A stretch of DNA of 64,000 nt from Leptonemataceae bacterium (GTDB lineage: Bacteria > Spirochaetota > Leptospiria > Leptospirales > Leptonemataceae). The position numbers were made by a program, and so were the translations under genes. Shown here piece by piece: positions 1 through 9,599 of this stretch; within the stretch, counting starts at the first letter, position 1; every line of letters begins with the position of its first letter. The notes below the pieces were generated by a model. That model was not told the origin of the DNA. It made no database searches and saw only the letters and a program-made list of their open reading frames with translations. The stretch covers positions 3,936,001-4,000,000 of the forward strand of contig OZ245742.1 of NCBI GenBank assembly GCA_965227295.1. The letters are read 5' to 3'.

Positions 1-217
1 GCTGGTTCCAGGCGACCACGGAGGTCATGCCGGGGAACGTGGTAAAGCGCACCGGAACGGCGTCTTCGCCGTAAGAAACGCGACGGTAGCTGAGCCGCAA
101 ACCGACGTCCGGGTCGAACGCAGCATTCTTTGCAAAACGAATTACCTCAACTCCCGCTTCGCCGTAGCAAAAAATGTCCTTACACCATTGCGCAACTTAC
201 TTCATGTTGCTCACGGC
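1..217 (+). repeat. 330-bp-unit repeat array 1 (partial, runs off the window start)
   Basis: Contains blocks GCTGGTTCCAG, ACGGAGGTCATGCCGGGGAA, GCGCACCGGAACGGCGTCTTC, CAAAACGAA and TGCGCAACTTAC shared with the arrays at 6k, 37k and 62k. Ends directly at the TGA stop (218-220) of the minus-strand gene. Confidence 0.95.
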
Positions 218-2221
218 TCAGCCATCCACCTCCAGTACGAGATGCAATTCCGGCGTGGCCCAGACGGCTTCCGTCGGATGCCGCCTCGGATCATTGTCGA
301 CGCGAATCGCGGCCAGGGCCGCGCCGCTCTCATCGAGGACTTCCATCCGGCCCTGGTGCAATCGATGCCCGTATTTCCGCGGCGGAACGCGGCGAAATAA
401 CACCTGGCCGTCCGCGGTCACCGTGTCGACGTAGTGCGGATCGCTGTAGTAACCCGTAAGCCGGGCATCCTCTGAAATTAAGGGCCGGGAAAAGATCTCC
501 CGGCCGTCCGCCAGGTTCCAGATGCGCAGCCGTTCTTTCGCGCCCGTCGAGAGGACGCGGGCACCGTCGTGGGAAAAGGTGATGCTGCTGATCGCGGCGG
601 AGTGACCGAAAAAGCCTGAGCGTTCCTCCAGGCCGTCCGGGCCGGAAGCCAGGACCCGAATCCCTTCCGCCGGATTCTCCGAACCCACCAGCAGCAGCAG
701 CCCGTCCGGAGAATACGCCATGGCCGAAGCCCGTCCTGGTACGTCCAGGGCGTGCAGTACCCGCCCGGATTCCACGGCCAGCAGATAGACGGTGTTTCCG
801 TTACGGTCGCTCACGGCCAGGAACCGGCCGTCATGGCGATGGGCGATGATGGTCCGAATGTTATAACTCAGGTCTTCCGGCCGCTCCCGGTACGTCGCAA
901 TGATTTCGCACGAAGCGGTGTCTGCGATCCGCAGGCCGTGATCGGAGATGATGAGCCGGTCATCGGTCAGGTGATGCGAGTTTTGCGGCGGCCCGCCCTC
1001 CAGATAGTTACCCGGCTCGTCCTCCTCCACCGTGCCCAGCGGATGCCCCGTGAGGGCGTCCCAGAAATGCGGCTGCGAATACAACAGCCGACCGGACGGA
1101 TGCGAAAACATCACGCGCGAGTGATCCTGCGATCGCAGGTCCGCTCCGTCGGCTCGATACCGGTCCGGTTCGTAGACCTGGAGCCGCCGGCAGTCTCCAA
1201 TCACGGCCACGGTCTCGCCGTCATCCGTCACCGCGACGACATCCCCAAAACGCGGGGCCAGTGGGATGCGGACATCGTTTTCGAAGTCCAATGGATCGAT
1301 CAAACGCACGGCGGCGTATTCGAGGACGGCGAGCCGGTTTCCCCTCGAAGACAGGGCAAGAGAACCGAAGGGCGACGGCGTGGAGCCGCTCGCGATCAAG
1401 CTCGTCTTCAGCGCGCCGCCCTCGCTGAAAACTTCGTAGACCAACAAGACGCACTCTTCTTCGCTGCGTTCACCCCGCAGGGCCAGCCGCGAGCCGTCTT
1501 CGGAGAAAGCCCCTTCAAAGAGAAAAGCCAGGCGGCCGGATTCGTCCCGGGTATCAATCTCCGCGAGTACGTTGTCATGAGCATCCATGATCATCGGTGG
1601 TGAACGTCTGCGGCCGGTACGAATCCAGACGCCCGTGCGCGCGACGCGTTCCCGGCTGCGCCCGCGGTTCGGAATCGTGTCGATGCCGTTGTCGGAGGAG
1701 ATCCGGAGCGCACCGGAGACCTGGCGTGAACCGTACACGGGCTCGTACTCGATTTCGATACTGCCGTCGGGAGCCACGCCGGCCCAGGTACACCGGCCGG
1801 CTGCATCGAGATGTATGTCGGCGACCAGGCCGGAATCCAGACCGACCACGGGTGGTCGGAGAGAACGCAACCACGCAGATCGAACGCCGCCCTGACGTTC
1901 GGCGCGCCATCTTTCGAGCTGCCGATGGAGCAGGGGCGGACGGTCGTCGCGCGCCGGGAGGAAGATCTTTCGATCCGGGCAGTCGAACCACCAGCAGCGA
2001 TTCCACAGACACGGAAAGAGCGTTTCCGGATACTCACTCAGCCAGGCATGATCGAGGCGCACCGCGACGCGCACGTGTTTCAGGATACGTCGCGCTCCTC
2101 CGTTGCCGGCGGCGCGCTCTTCACTCGCACGCAGAAGATTCAGGAGCCGGGAAACACCGCCGCTATCCAGGGCCCTCTGCAAATCCGCGAAGTCGGGGAT
2201 CAGGCCGGCCGTGTCTTCCAT
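218..2221 (-). CDS. WD40/beta-propeller repeat protein
   Basis: 667-aa ORF with WD-like repeats (GHSAAISSITFSHDGARVLSTG...LRIWNLADG; MAYSPDGLLLLVG; AFSEDGSRLAL). Confidence 0.7.
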   Translation of the reverse strand: MEDTAGLIPDFADLQRALDSGGVSRLLNLLRASEERAAGNGGARRILKHVRVAVRLDHAWLSEYPETLFPCLWNRCWWFDCPDRKIFLPARDDRPPLLHRQLERWRAERQGGVRSAWLRSLRPPVVGLDSGLVADIHLDAAGRCTWAGVAPDGSIEIEYEPVYGSRQVSGALRISSDNGIDTIPNRGRSRERVARTGVWIRTGRRRSPPMIMDAHDNVLAEIDTRDESGRLAFLFEGAFSEDGSRLALRGERSEEECVLLVYEVFSEGGALKTSLIASGSTPSPFGSLALSSRGNRLAVLEYAAVRLIDPLDFENDVRIPLAPRFGDVVAVTDDGETVAVIGDCRRLQVYEPDRYRADGADLRSQDHSRVMFSHPSGRLLYSQPHFWDALTGHPLGTVEEDEPGNYLEGGPPQNSHHLTDDRLIISDHGLRIADTASCEIIATYRERPEDLSYNIRTIIAHRHDGRFLAVSDRNGNTVYLLAVESGRVLHALDVPGRASAMAYSPDGLLLLVGSENPAEGIRVLASGPDGLEERSGFFGHSAAISSITFSHDGARVLSTGAKERLRIWNLADGREIFSRPLISEDARLTGYYSDPHYVDTVTADGQVLFRRVPPRKYGHRLHQGRMEVLDESGAALAAIRVDNDPRRHPTEAVWATPELHLVLEVDG

Positions 2222-2237
2222 GGAATCATCGATCGCA

Positions 2238-2807
2238 CTAACTCAGCCGCCCGGTTTGCACGTTCACCCGCACCAGAATGAAACTGAACAGCAAACGATC
2301 GATGGCGCGATCGAGGATGATCTGTTCGCGCTCGTCGATCTTGCCGTCGGCCAGGGCCTTGCCGAGAAACTGAATGAGTTGCGGCAGTCGTTGCTTGCGC
2401 GTTCGCGCGAGCCAGAGCTGAAACTCGGAGATTTTGATGTTGCGATAGCGGCCGAGCCGGCCCTGGCCGCGCCAGCGGTTTTGCTCGAACGTAACGAGCA
2501 TGCGATAGTCGTAACGCAAATTTACAGCGGTGTAGCGTTGTTTGCGCGAAAGCAGCGCGCGCAGTTTTACGAAGTGATTCAACGTCTCGTCGATGGCAGA
2601 CGTGAGTTCAAAACGTTCCTGACCCACCAGGAAACCGTCGTCCGAAAGCAGTCGGTCGTACGTGGCCTGGAGGCCGTTGAGACTCAGGATGCACAGTTTC
2701 AGCCAGGCCGCCGCGTCGTCGCCGTTCTCCGGCGGTTTCGGAATCAGGCCGCTGATGCGCAGATTGCCCTCGTCCGAAATTTCCAGCGTGTTGGCGGTGG
2801 ACGGCAT
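2238..2807 (-). CDS. hypothetical protein
   Basis: ORF 2238..2834, likely ATG at 2807 (MPSTANTLEISDEG). Protein-like composition and co-oriented with the WD40 gene. Confidence 0.65.
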   Translation of the reverse strand: MPSTANTLEISDEGNLRISGLIPKPPENGDDAAAWLKLCILSLNGLQATYDRLLSDDGFLVGQERFELTSAIDETLNHFVKLRALLSRKQRYTAVNLRYDYRMLVTFEQNRWRGQGRLGRYRNIKISEFQLWLARTRKQRLPQLIQFLGKALADGKIDEREQIILDRAIDRLLFSFILVRVNVQTGRLS

Positions 2808-2908
2808 GGTGACAGAGATCCCGCCCGCGCGCATTGCCGCAATCGATTTGCGGCGATGCTAACTTAGAATTCGCATGACGATCGGCGCGGGGCGCGCACG
2901 GTGGCGTC

Positions 2909-4225
2909 GTGCGACTGTCTCAGTTCGGAGAAAAGTTTCGTGGGAGTTCCGGTATCCTGGAACTCATGGACGACCTGGATCTTGCGCTGAACCAACCGCG
3001 CGCTCCCGGTGCGCCGGAGTTGCTCATGCTCGGCGGCGGGAATCCGGGCCGCATTCCGGAACTGGAGCGCCGCTTCCGTGCGGAGATGGAGCAACTCCTG
3101 AACGACGGTGATCGCTTCGAACGTTTGCTGGGCGTCTACGACAGGCCCGTCGGCGCCGGGGACTTCGCCGCCGCCATGGCAAAGCTGCTCCGGGATCACT
3201 GCGGCTGGGAGATCGACGCGCGCAACGTCGCACTCACGAACGGCAGCCAGAGCGCGTTCTTTATGCTGTTCAATCTCTTCGGCGGCCGACGGGCCGACGG
3301 GAGCCGGGGACGCATTGTGTTGCCCATCGTGCCCGAGTACATCGGTTATGCGGACACCGGCATCGACCCGGAACTCTTTCTCTCGGTGCGGCCGCGCATC
3401 GACATCCTCGAAGCATCCGACGCGCGTCGTGCCGGTGTCTTCAAGTACCAGGTCGACCTTGATGCGTTGCGCGCGACTCTGGATGATTTGCCGTCCGGGG
3501 AAGACGCGGCGGCCCTGTGCATCTCACGTCCGTCGAATCCTTCGGGCAACGTGGTTCCCGACGACGACCTTCGGCGACTCGCCGACCTCGCCGCCGCGCG
3601 GGACATCCCGCTGATCGTCGACGCGGCCTACGGCGGCCCGTTTCCGGACATCGTCTTCGGCGATGCGCAACCACTGTGGCGTCCAGGAATGATCGTCACG
3701 CTCAGTCTGTCGAAGTTCGGCCTGCCGGGTTTGCGGACCGGGATCGTCGTCGCCGACGAAGAAGTGATCGAATGTCTCGGCCGCATGAATGCCGTGCTGA
3801 ATCTGGCCGGGGGGAGTGCCGGGCCGGCGATCGCCCTGGAGTTGGTCCGCAGCGGCGAACTCATTCGCCTCTCCCGGGACGTGGTGCGTCCGTACTATCA
3901 GCGCAAGTCCGACGCGGCCACCGCGCGTTTCCGGGAACTGTTTCGAGATCTGCCCGGCGTACGCCTGCACCGTAGCGAGGGCGCGTTCTTTCTGTGGCTC
4001 TGGTTTGAGGGCCTGCCGATTTCCACGATGGAACTTTACCGGCGACTGAAAGCGCGGGGAACCCTGGTGGTGCCCGGCCATTATTATTATCCCGGCCATG
4101 CTGGTGAGGATTGGCCACACGTGCACGAGTGCATTCGCCTGAGTTACGCTCAGGCCGACGACATCGTCGAGCGCGGACTGCTTTCGGTTCAGGGAGAAGT
4201 CCGGCGTGCGTACGGGTTTGATTGA
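2909..4225 (+). CDS. avtA: valine--pyruvate aminotransferase (class I PLP aminotransferase)
   Basis: N-terminus SQFGEKFRGSSGILELMDDL, plus MLGGGNP, NVALTNGSQSAFFMLFNLF, SRPSNPSGNV and SLSKFGLPGLRTG (PLP lysine), typical of AvtA. Confidence 0.9.
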   Translation: MRLSQFGEKFRGSSGILELMDDLDLALNQPRAPGAPELLMLGGGNPGRIPELERRFRAEMEQLLNDGDRFERLLGVYDRPVGAGDFAAAMAKLLRDHCGWEIDARNVALTNGSQSAFFMLFNLFGGRRADGSRGRIVLPIVPEYIGYADTGIDPELFLSVRPRIDILEASDARRAGVFKYQVDLDALRATLDDLPSGEDAAALCISRPSNPSGNVVPDDDLRRLADLAAARDIPLIVDAAYGGPFPDIVFGDAQPLWRPGMIVTLSLSKFGLPGLRTGIVVADEEVIECLGRMNAVLNLAGGSAGPAIALELVRSGELIRLSRDVVRPYYQRKSDAATARFRELFRDLPGVRLHRSEGAFFLWLWFEGLPISTMELYRRLKARGTLVVPGHYYYPGHAGEDWPHVHECIRLSYAQADDIVERGLLSVQGEVRRAYGFD

Positions 4226-4255
4226 CCCCGTGCTTTCATCAATTCTGATTGTTAG

Positions 4256-5950
4256 ATGCGCCGGTTTCTCCCACGCGCTCTTCGGTCCGGGGTGTTTTCC
4301 CGGACCCTGTCCCGGGACCTGGCCACGGGCCTGGTCGGTGTGATTGCGCTGGTGCTCTGTTGCGTCGGTCTGTTCATCTATGTTGTGAGCGAACGGAAGA
4401 CGGAGAACGAACTGCGCTTCCAGGCCGAAGAACTCGTCGACGAGCTCGCCGATCTTTTGCTGCCTCACGTGGTAAACCTGGACCGGGATCGCATTTCGCA
4501 TCTGGCCCACGCCTATCTCCAGGGCGGCCCGCTCCGTTCGGTCCGCCTGTTGGATGCAAACGACGTCGTCCTGACCCGCGTCCGACAACCGGGCATCTAC
4601 GGCGAAGACGAGACGGCCTTTGAGCTGAGCCGGGAACTTTACGACGAGCAGGGCCTGCGCGGCCGGCTTATTGCGACGTTTTCCCATCGTCCCGCCGACG
4701 ACCGACACCGGGAACTCTTAATTTCCATTCTGCTCGTCTTTGGATTTGTGACGGTGACTGTCATTTTTTCCACGCGCCTGCTGTTGCAGCGGATCCTGGC
4801 CGCGCCGTTGGAAGGTCTGCGCCGGGGGATCGATCGCATCGCCCGGGGAGACTATCGCCATCCGTTGCCGGTGCTGCCCCAGCGCGACCTGAACGCCATC
4901 GTGGAGAGCGCGAATCGCATGGCCCGGCAAATCGAGCGGCGGGACATGGAAATCAAGGACTACGCGGCAAGCCTGGAAGAAGCCAATCGCGAGCTGGAGC
5001 GCAAAATCTTCGATCTCGAACGGGCCCAACTGGAAATCCGGAACTCCGAGGAAAAGTACAAACACCTGGTCGAGAGTTCCAGTGACATCATCTTCTCCCT
5101 GGACGGCGGCGGGCACATCGTTACGATCAACGCCGCCGTGCACCGACTCCTGGGATGGAACCCGGACGGCCTGGTGGGCCGGCAGTTCACGGACCTGCTC
5201 TTTCGCTTCGATGAAAAGACGGCCGATCTGCGCGAAAAGCTCGTGCAACAGCACTTCCACAATCTCCGGGAGTCCCGGCGGCCCGCGGTCTTTCGCATGG
5301 ACTTTCGCACCAGCCAGGACGAGCCCCGGGAACTGGACGTGCGTCTGGAGATCATGCGTGAAAACGGTGACGCCGGCGCGTTGATTTTCGGCAAGGCCGG
5401 CAGCGCGCCCGAGGACGTCATCAGCCGGCATTGTTCCCGGGAGGTGCGGCGTTACGTTATCGGCAACTATCTGACCGTGGCCGACCAACTGGCGCACGTG
5501 CTCATCACCAGTACGTCCCCGCGCCTGAGTGACGATGACGACGCGGGCATTCGCATCGGCCTGCGGGAGATTTTGATCAACGCCATTGAGCACGGCAATC
5601 TGGGAATCAGCTTCGACGAAAAGAGCGCGGCCATCAACTCCGGCGAGTACTACCAGCTCATTACCGAACGCCAGCGGGACCCTCGTTACCGCGATCGCAA
5701 GGTTACGATCATCTACGCCTTAAGTTCCAGGCGGGCCTCGTTTCTCGTTCGTGACGAGGGCGCCGGCTTTGATTACGAGGATGTGCTGCGACAGGATCCG
5801 GTACCCACCGACGTCTATCACGGTCGGGGCATCGCCATCGCCACGCGTTTTTTTGATACGGTTCGCTATCGCGGGCGGGGGAACGAGGTCATTCTCGTGA
5901 AACTCTTTGAGCAGGGCCCCGGAGCCGTACCCGCTCCGCCCCGCGGATAG
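4256..5950 (+). CDS. membrane sensor with HAMP, PAS and an anti-sigma-type HATPase domain
   Basis: Two TM segments, HAMP (APLEGLRRGIDRIARGDY), PAS (LVESSSDIIFSLDGGGHIVTINAA) and C-terminal EILINAIEHGN...DEGAGF...GRGI. Confidence 0.8.
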   Translation: MRRFLPRALRSGVFSRTLSRDLATGLVGVIALVLCCVGLFIYVVSERKTENELRFQAEELVDELADLLLPHVVNLDRDRISHLAHAYLQGGPLRSVRLLDANDVVLTRVRQPGIYGEDETAFELSRELYDEQGLRGRLIATFSHRPADDRHRELLISILLVFGFVTVTVIFSTRLLLQRILAAPLEGLRRGIDRIARGDYRHPLPVLPQRDLNAIVESANRMARQIERRDMEIKDYAASLEEANRELERKIFDLERAQLEIRNSEEKYKHLVESSSDIIFSLDGGGHIVTINAAVHRLLGWNPDGLVGRQFTDLLFRFDEKTADLREKLVQQHFHNLRESRRPAVFRMDFRTSQDEPRELDVRLEIMRENGDAGALIFGKAGSAPEDVISRHCSREVRRYVIGNYLTVADQLAHVLITSTSPRLSDDDDAGIRIGLREILINAIEHGNLGISFDEKSAAINSGEYYQLITERQRDPRYRDRKVTIIYALSSRRASFLVRDEGAGFDYEDVLRQDPVPTDVYHGRGIAIATRFFDTVRYRGRGNEVILVKLFEQGPGAVPAPPRG

Positions 5951-6710
5951 AGCGGGGCGGAGCGGGTCGCTGCGATGAAGACGCCGTTCCGGTGCGCGCC
6001 CCACATTTCCCCGGCACAACCTCCGTGGGTGGGGAACAACTGCCGCGGCCACGACAAGCGTGGCCTTGCCCCTGGAACAACCGCGGCGTTTGCCGTGAGA
6101 CACATAAAGTAAGCTGCGCATTGGTGAAGGGCCTTTTTTTGCTACGGCGAAGCGGGAGTTGTGGTAATTCGTTTTGCAAAGAATGCTGCGTTCGACCCGG
6201 ACGTCGGTTTGCGACTCAGCTACCGTCGCGTTTCTTACGGCGAAGACGCCGTTCCGGTGCGCTCTACCACGTTCCCCGGCATGACCTCCGTTCATCTGCT
6301 GGAACCAGCCGTAGCCATATCAGGCTTAATTTACGCTGGCCTTAACTTACACCACGATTCGGGGCGTAATCGAACGAACAAAACGTTTCCGGTAGTTCAA
6401 GAGCTGTGCCCCGCGGCGGTTGCCGTAAAAATAAGGAAGTAAGTTGCGCAATGTTGAAGGGCCTTTTTTTGCTACGGCGAAGCGGGAGTTGTGGTAATTC
6501 GTTTTGCAAAGAATGCTGCGTTCGACCCGGACGTCGGTTTGCGACTCAGCTACCGTCGCGTTTCTTACGGCGAAGACGCCGTTCCGGTGCGCTTTACCAC
6601 GTTCCCCGGCATGACCTCCGTTCATCTGCTGGAACCAGCCGTAACCATATCAGGCTTAATGTACGCTGGCCTTAACTTACACCACGATTCGGGGCGTACT
6701 CGAACGAATC
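5929..6710 (-). repeat. 330-bp-unit repeat array 2 (inverted relative to arrays 1, 3 and 4)
   Basis: GCTACGGCGA at 6141 and 6471 gives an exact 330-bp period. About two units plus a deleted partial unit carrying hairpin modules. Fills the convergent gap 5950/6723. Confidence 0.97.
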
Positions 6711-6722
6711 GAACAGTTGTTG

Positions 6723-7223
6723 CTAAAACAGCTTCGTCGCGTCGCCGTGTTCAAGATGGACTTTGCGTTGTTCGTCCGGGAGCACCAGGAAGTACTCGTC
6801 GTTGTCGTCCACGTGCAGGTACTCGACCAGGGAGGCCATGGCGGGGCCGGTGAGGCGGGCCGGGACGTCTCGTTCCGGAATGATGACAGCGAGCAGATCG
6901 TCGCCGTAAATGCGCAGAGAGTTCCCCGGGACGCGCAGGGTTTCGCCGGAGTCGAGGACGAGGCGCAGACGTACTCCGCCGGGGTCGTCCGGATCGGCTT
7001 CCGGGTAGGCCGCGGTTATGAAGAGCGGAAAACCCTCGACACGATCCAGGTAGCCGTGTTCTAAAAGTTCGCCGAAGCGATTGATGATGTAGTAGCCGTC
7101 GCCGTCCTGGCGGAGGTTCTGTTTGAAGTACGTGAGCACGCCTTCCTGGAAGATTTCGTTCTCACGAAAGAACCAGCGGCCGTCGGCGGCGATGGTGATT
7201 CCGGGTCGTGTGGTGCGGGCCAT
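6723..7223 (-). CDS. DUF1285-like protein
   Basis: ITIAADGRWFFRENEI...YFKQNLRQDGDGYYI resembles the DUF1285 N-terminal pattern. Confidence 0.55.
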   Translation of the reverse strand: MARTTRPGITIAADGRWFFRENEIFQEGVLTYFKQNLRQDGDGYYIINRFGELLEHGYLDRVEGFPLFITAAYPEADPDDPGGVRLRLVLDSGETLRVPGNSLRIYGDDLLAVIIPERDVPARLTGPAMASLVEYLHVDDNDEYFLVLPDEQRKVHLEHGDATKLF

Positions 7224-7639
7224 CAGGGATCAGTATAGTTATAAAGGATTACGGTTACCACCCCGGATTCGAGAGTGAGATTGCCCGTCTCCACGTACTG
7301 GTTCGCGTCGGTGGGGGATCCGGTGATGAGCGTGTTCGTGGTGAAGTCCCGGGCCGTGACCCAGGCGCCCTCGGCCCCCCGGCGCCGCGCCTCGCCGCGC
7401 AGATAGCGGCGGAAGTTTTCGTTTTGCAGGTCGGCGGACGGATCCCGGACGATCAGAGTCCCCAGGCGTTCGTAGGGGCGTGACGGCGGGCGGACGCGGA
7501 TTTCCACTTCTTCGACGTCGGCGCGCCGGAGATTGGGATAGTCGTCCTCGGGATAAAACTCCGCGGAGTAACAGCCGCCGAGGAACAACGTGATGAAAAT
7601 CGCGACAGTAATGTGTGATTGCGTGAAATTTACTTTCAT
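7223..7639 (-). CDS. putative lipoprotein
   Basis: Likely ATG at 7639 (MKVNFTQSHITVAIFITLFLGGC): hydrophobic signal and lipobox Cys. Its stop overlaps the start of the next gene. Confidence 0.7.
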   Translation of the reverse strand: MKVNFTQSHITVAIFITLFLGGCYSAEFYPEDDYPNLRRADVEEVEIRVRPPSRPYERLGTLIVRDPSADLQNENFRRYLRGEARRRGAEGAWVTARDFTTNTLITGSPTDANQYVETGNLTLESGVVTVILYNYTDP

Positions 7640-7671
7640 TTTCCCGGCCGCACCGTGAAGTCTGTAGTGGC

Positions 7672-7986
7672 ATGGATTCCAAACAAGATCGGAGCAACAC
7701 CGGAACCACATCTCAGGCGGGCGGAGCCGCTCCCGGGGGGGACGCCTCCGGAGCATTCGAGTACTGGAAGGCCGTGGTCCCCATGATCGCGGACCTGATT
7801 CCTCTGTTCTTCGATAAGTGGGCGGAAGTCAATCACCGGGCGACGTTTCAGGATCTGGAGCGGGACCAACAGCGCCTGGCGCGGCGCCTCGGCCGTCTGG
7901 CCGGCCGCATGCGTTGGTACCAGACCGCGTTTTTCCTGTTGCTGCTCTGGAATATAGTTTTGACCGTATTCCTGATCATCAAGTAA
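7672..7986 (+). CDS. small membrane-anchored coiled-coil hypothetical protein
   Basis: 104 aa with a C-terminal TM segment ([19 protein letters not shown]). Confidence 0.6.
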   Translation: MDSKQDRSNTGTTSQAGGAAPGGDASGAFEYWKAVVPMIADLIPLFFDKWAEVNHRATFQDLERDQQRLARRLGRLAGRMRWYQTAFFLLLLWNIVLTVFLIIK

Positions 7987-8003
7987 ATTCAACGCCTGCC
8001 GGT

Positions 8004-8681
8004 ATGGATAAAGATCCGCAAAAAAAAGAAAACCCGCTCCGCATCGGCGTCTGCAATCTTGACGAACTCGAAGAGAAGGTCAAGGCCTTCCGGATCATGA
8101 ACCAGTCGGCGCTGAAGAAACGCTACATTCTCTCCCGGGAAGTCGTCACCGCCCCGGGCGGCAGCATCCTCCTGTCCAAGTCCGCGGAAATCGACATCTC
8201 CCGGGCCAAGCTCCTCCGCCGGCACTTCGGCAGCGACGACGCGTTCAAGACGTTCCAGCCGGACGAGGGCATCGTAATCATCTCGGACATGTCGAGCCCC
8301 GAGGGCATTTCGTTGTCGATGGACATCGTCACTCAAATCATGAACATCGGCGGCGGGGCCTACGAGGGTTTCATCGATCGCGTGGACAGCTTCACCGATT
8401 TTTTGAATCTCTTAAAGAAGGCCCTGTTTCCGAAGCTGCTCATCATCGGCTACATTCCCCCCGAGCGTCTGGAGATGGAAAAGATCAACTTCGTGCGCGC
8501 CAAACGCGTCGATCACTACGTCCGCGCCATCGAGCTCACCCACAGCACCACGAAGACCCAGCCGTACTTCCCGAAAATCAAGCAGGTGCACATCGACACG
8601 GGCGACGCGAAGTCCTGGGGGCGATTCATCATCGAGATCGTGCGCGAGTATACGAAGCCGTACTTCGTTGAGGACTTTTAG
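8004..8681 (+). CDS. conserved hypothetical protein
   Basis: Likely ATG at 8004 ([17 protein letters not shown]). Strong GC3 codon bias and no recognised motif. Confidence 0.75.
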   Translation: MDKDPQKKENPLRIGVCNLDELEEKVKAFRIMNQSALKKRYILSREVVTAPGGSILLSKSAEIDISRAKLLRRHFGSDDAFKTFQPDEGIVIISDMSSPEGISLSMDIVTQIMNIGGGAYEGFIDRVDSFTDFLNLLKKALFPKLLIIGYIPPERLEMEKINFVRAKRVDHYVRAIELTHSTTKTQPYFPKIKQVHIDTGDAKSWGRFIIEIVREYTKPYFVEDF

Positions 8682-8700
8682 GAAATCGAGGCAATAGATA

Positions 8701-8745
8701 ACTCCGAGGATCGAGGAGCCGAAACGGTGCCTCGGTCCTCGGAGT
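8701..8745. repeat. short inverted-repeat element, CCGAGG family
   Basis: ACTCCGAGGATCGAGG (8701-8716) and CCTCGGTCCTCGGAGT (8730-8745) are 15/16 complementary. Confidence 0.8.
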
Positions 8746-8822
8746 CCATCCTCTTAAAAACGCCCGGATCGATCTACAGGCGTCTAAAGCATTTCCTCGA
8801 ACGGCCGATTTTGTATAGTATC

Positions 8823-9599
8823 ATGACCCGCACCGCTTTCATGCTCCTCACCGCCCTTGCGATGGCCGGCGCGTTGTTCGCCGGGGAGGCCGACGATCTC
8901 TACAAGACCGCCCTGGAACAGGACGATGCCCGGGCACTACAGACGCTCTTTCGGGCGCGCAAGCTGGCACCGAAAGACGCGCGCATTCATTATCGCATCG
9001 GTTATCTGTATCACAAGATGAACCGCCGGCCCGAGGCGCGGCAGTCCTACGAAGAGACCATCGCCCTGAAACCGTGTCACACCCGCGCGTTGAACAACGT
9101 CGGGAACATCCTCTACGATCAGGGCGAACGCGAGCGAGCCGTGGCGGTGTATCGTCAGGCGATTCAGTGCGACGCCGACTTCTTTTCCGCGCACTATAAT
9201 CTTGCGAACCTCTACCGGAAAGAGGACAAACTCCAGGATGCGGAGCGGCACTATCTCAAGGCCATCTCATCGCACTCCGACCATTACCGCAGCCATCACA
9301 ACCTGGGTTTGATTTATTTGCGCCGTGCGAAGGATCATCTCGACGACGGGGCGAGTCCCGAAGAGGTCCGGAAGAACGAGGACTTTCGAAAAGCGCTCCA
9401 GCACTTCGATCGGGCGTGCAAACTGAATGTGCGTGACCCCTTGAACTTCTACAATCGCGGCCGGGCCCACGCGTTGGCCCAGGATTACCAGCGCGCGGTC
9501 TCCGACTACAAGCGGTCACTGTCGTTGATCAAACGCGAATCGGCGTTCAAAAACCGCCTGCGCAAAAAGATCCAGGTCCTGGAAGTGAAGGGTCGCTAA
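8823..9599 (+). CDS. secreted tetratricopeptide repeat protein
   Basis: Signal peptide MTRTAFMLLTALAMAGALFA and several TPRs (ALNNVGNILYDQG, AHYNLANLY, SHHNLGLIY). Confidence 0.85.
   Translation: MTRTAFMLLTALAMAGALFAGEADDLYKTALEQDDARALQTLFRARKLAPKDARIHYRIGYLYHKMNRRPEARQSYEETIALKPCHTRALNNVGNILYDQGERERAVAVYRQAIQCDADFFSAHYNLANLYRKEDKLQDAERHYLKAISSHSDHYRSHHNLGLIYLRRAKDHLDDGASPEEVRKNEDFRKALQHFDRACKLNVRDPLNFYNRGRAHALAQDYQRAVSDYKRSLSLIKRESAFKNRLRKKIQVLEVKGR

Noticed and set aside
5929..6710. Arrays as CRISPR or integron cassette arrays
   Set aside because: There is no short identical repeat with unique spacers, no cas or intI gene and no cassette ORFs. Variable blocks recur between units.
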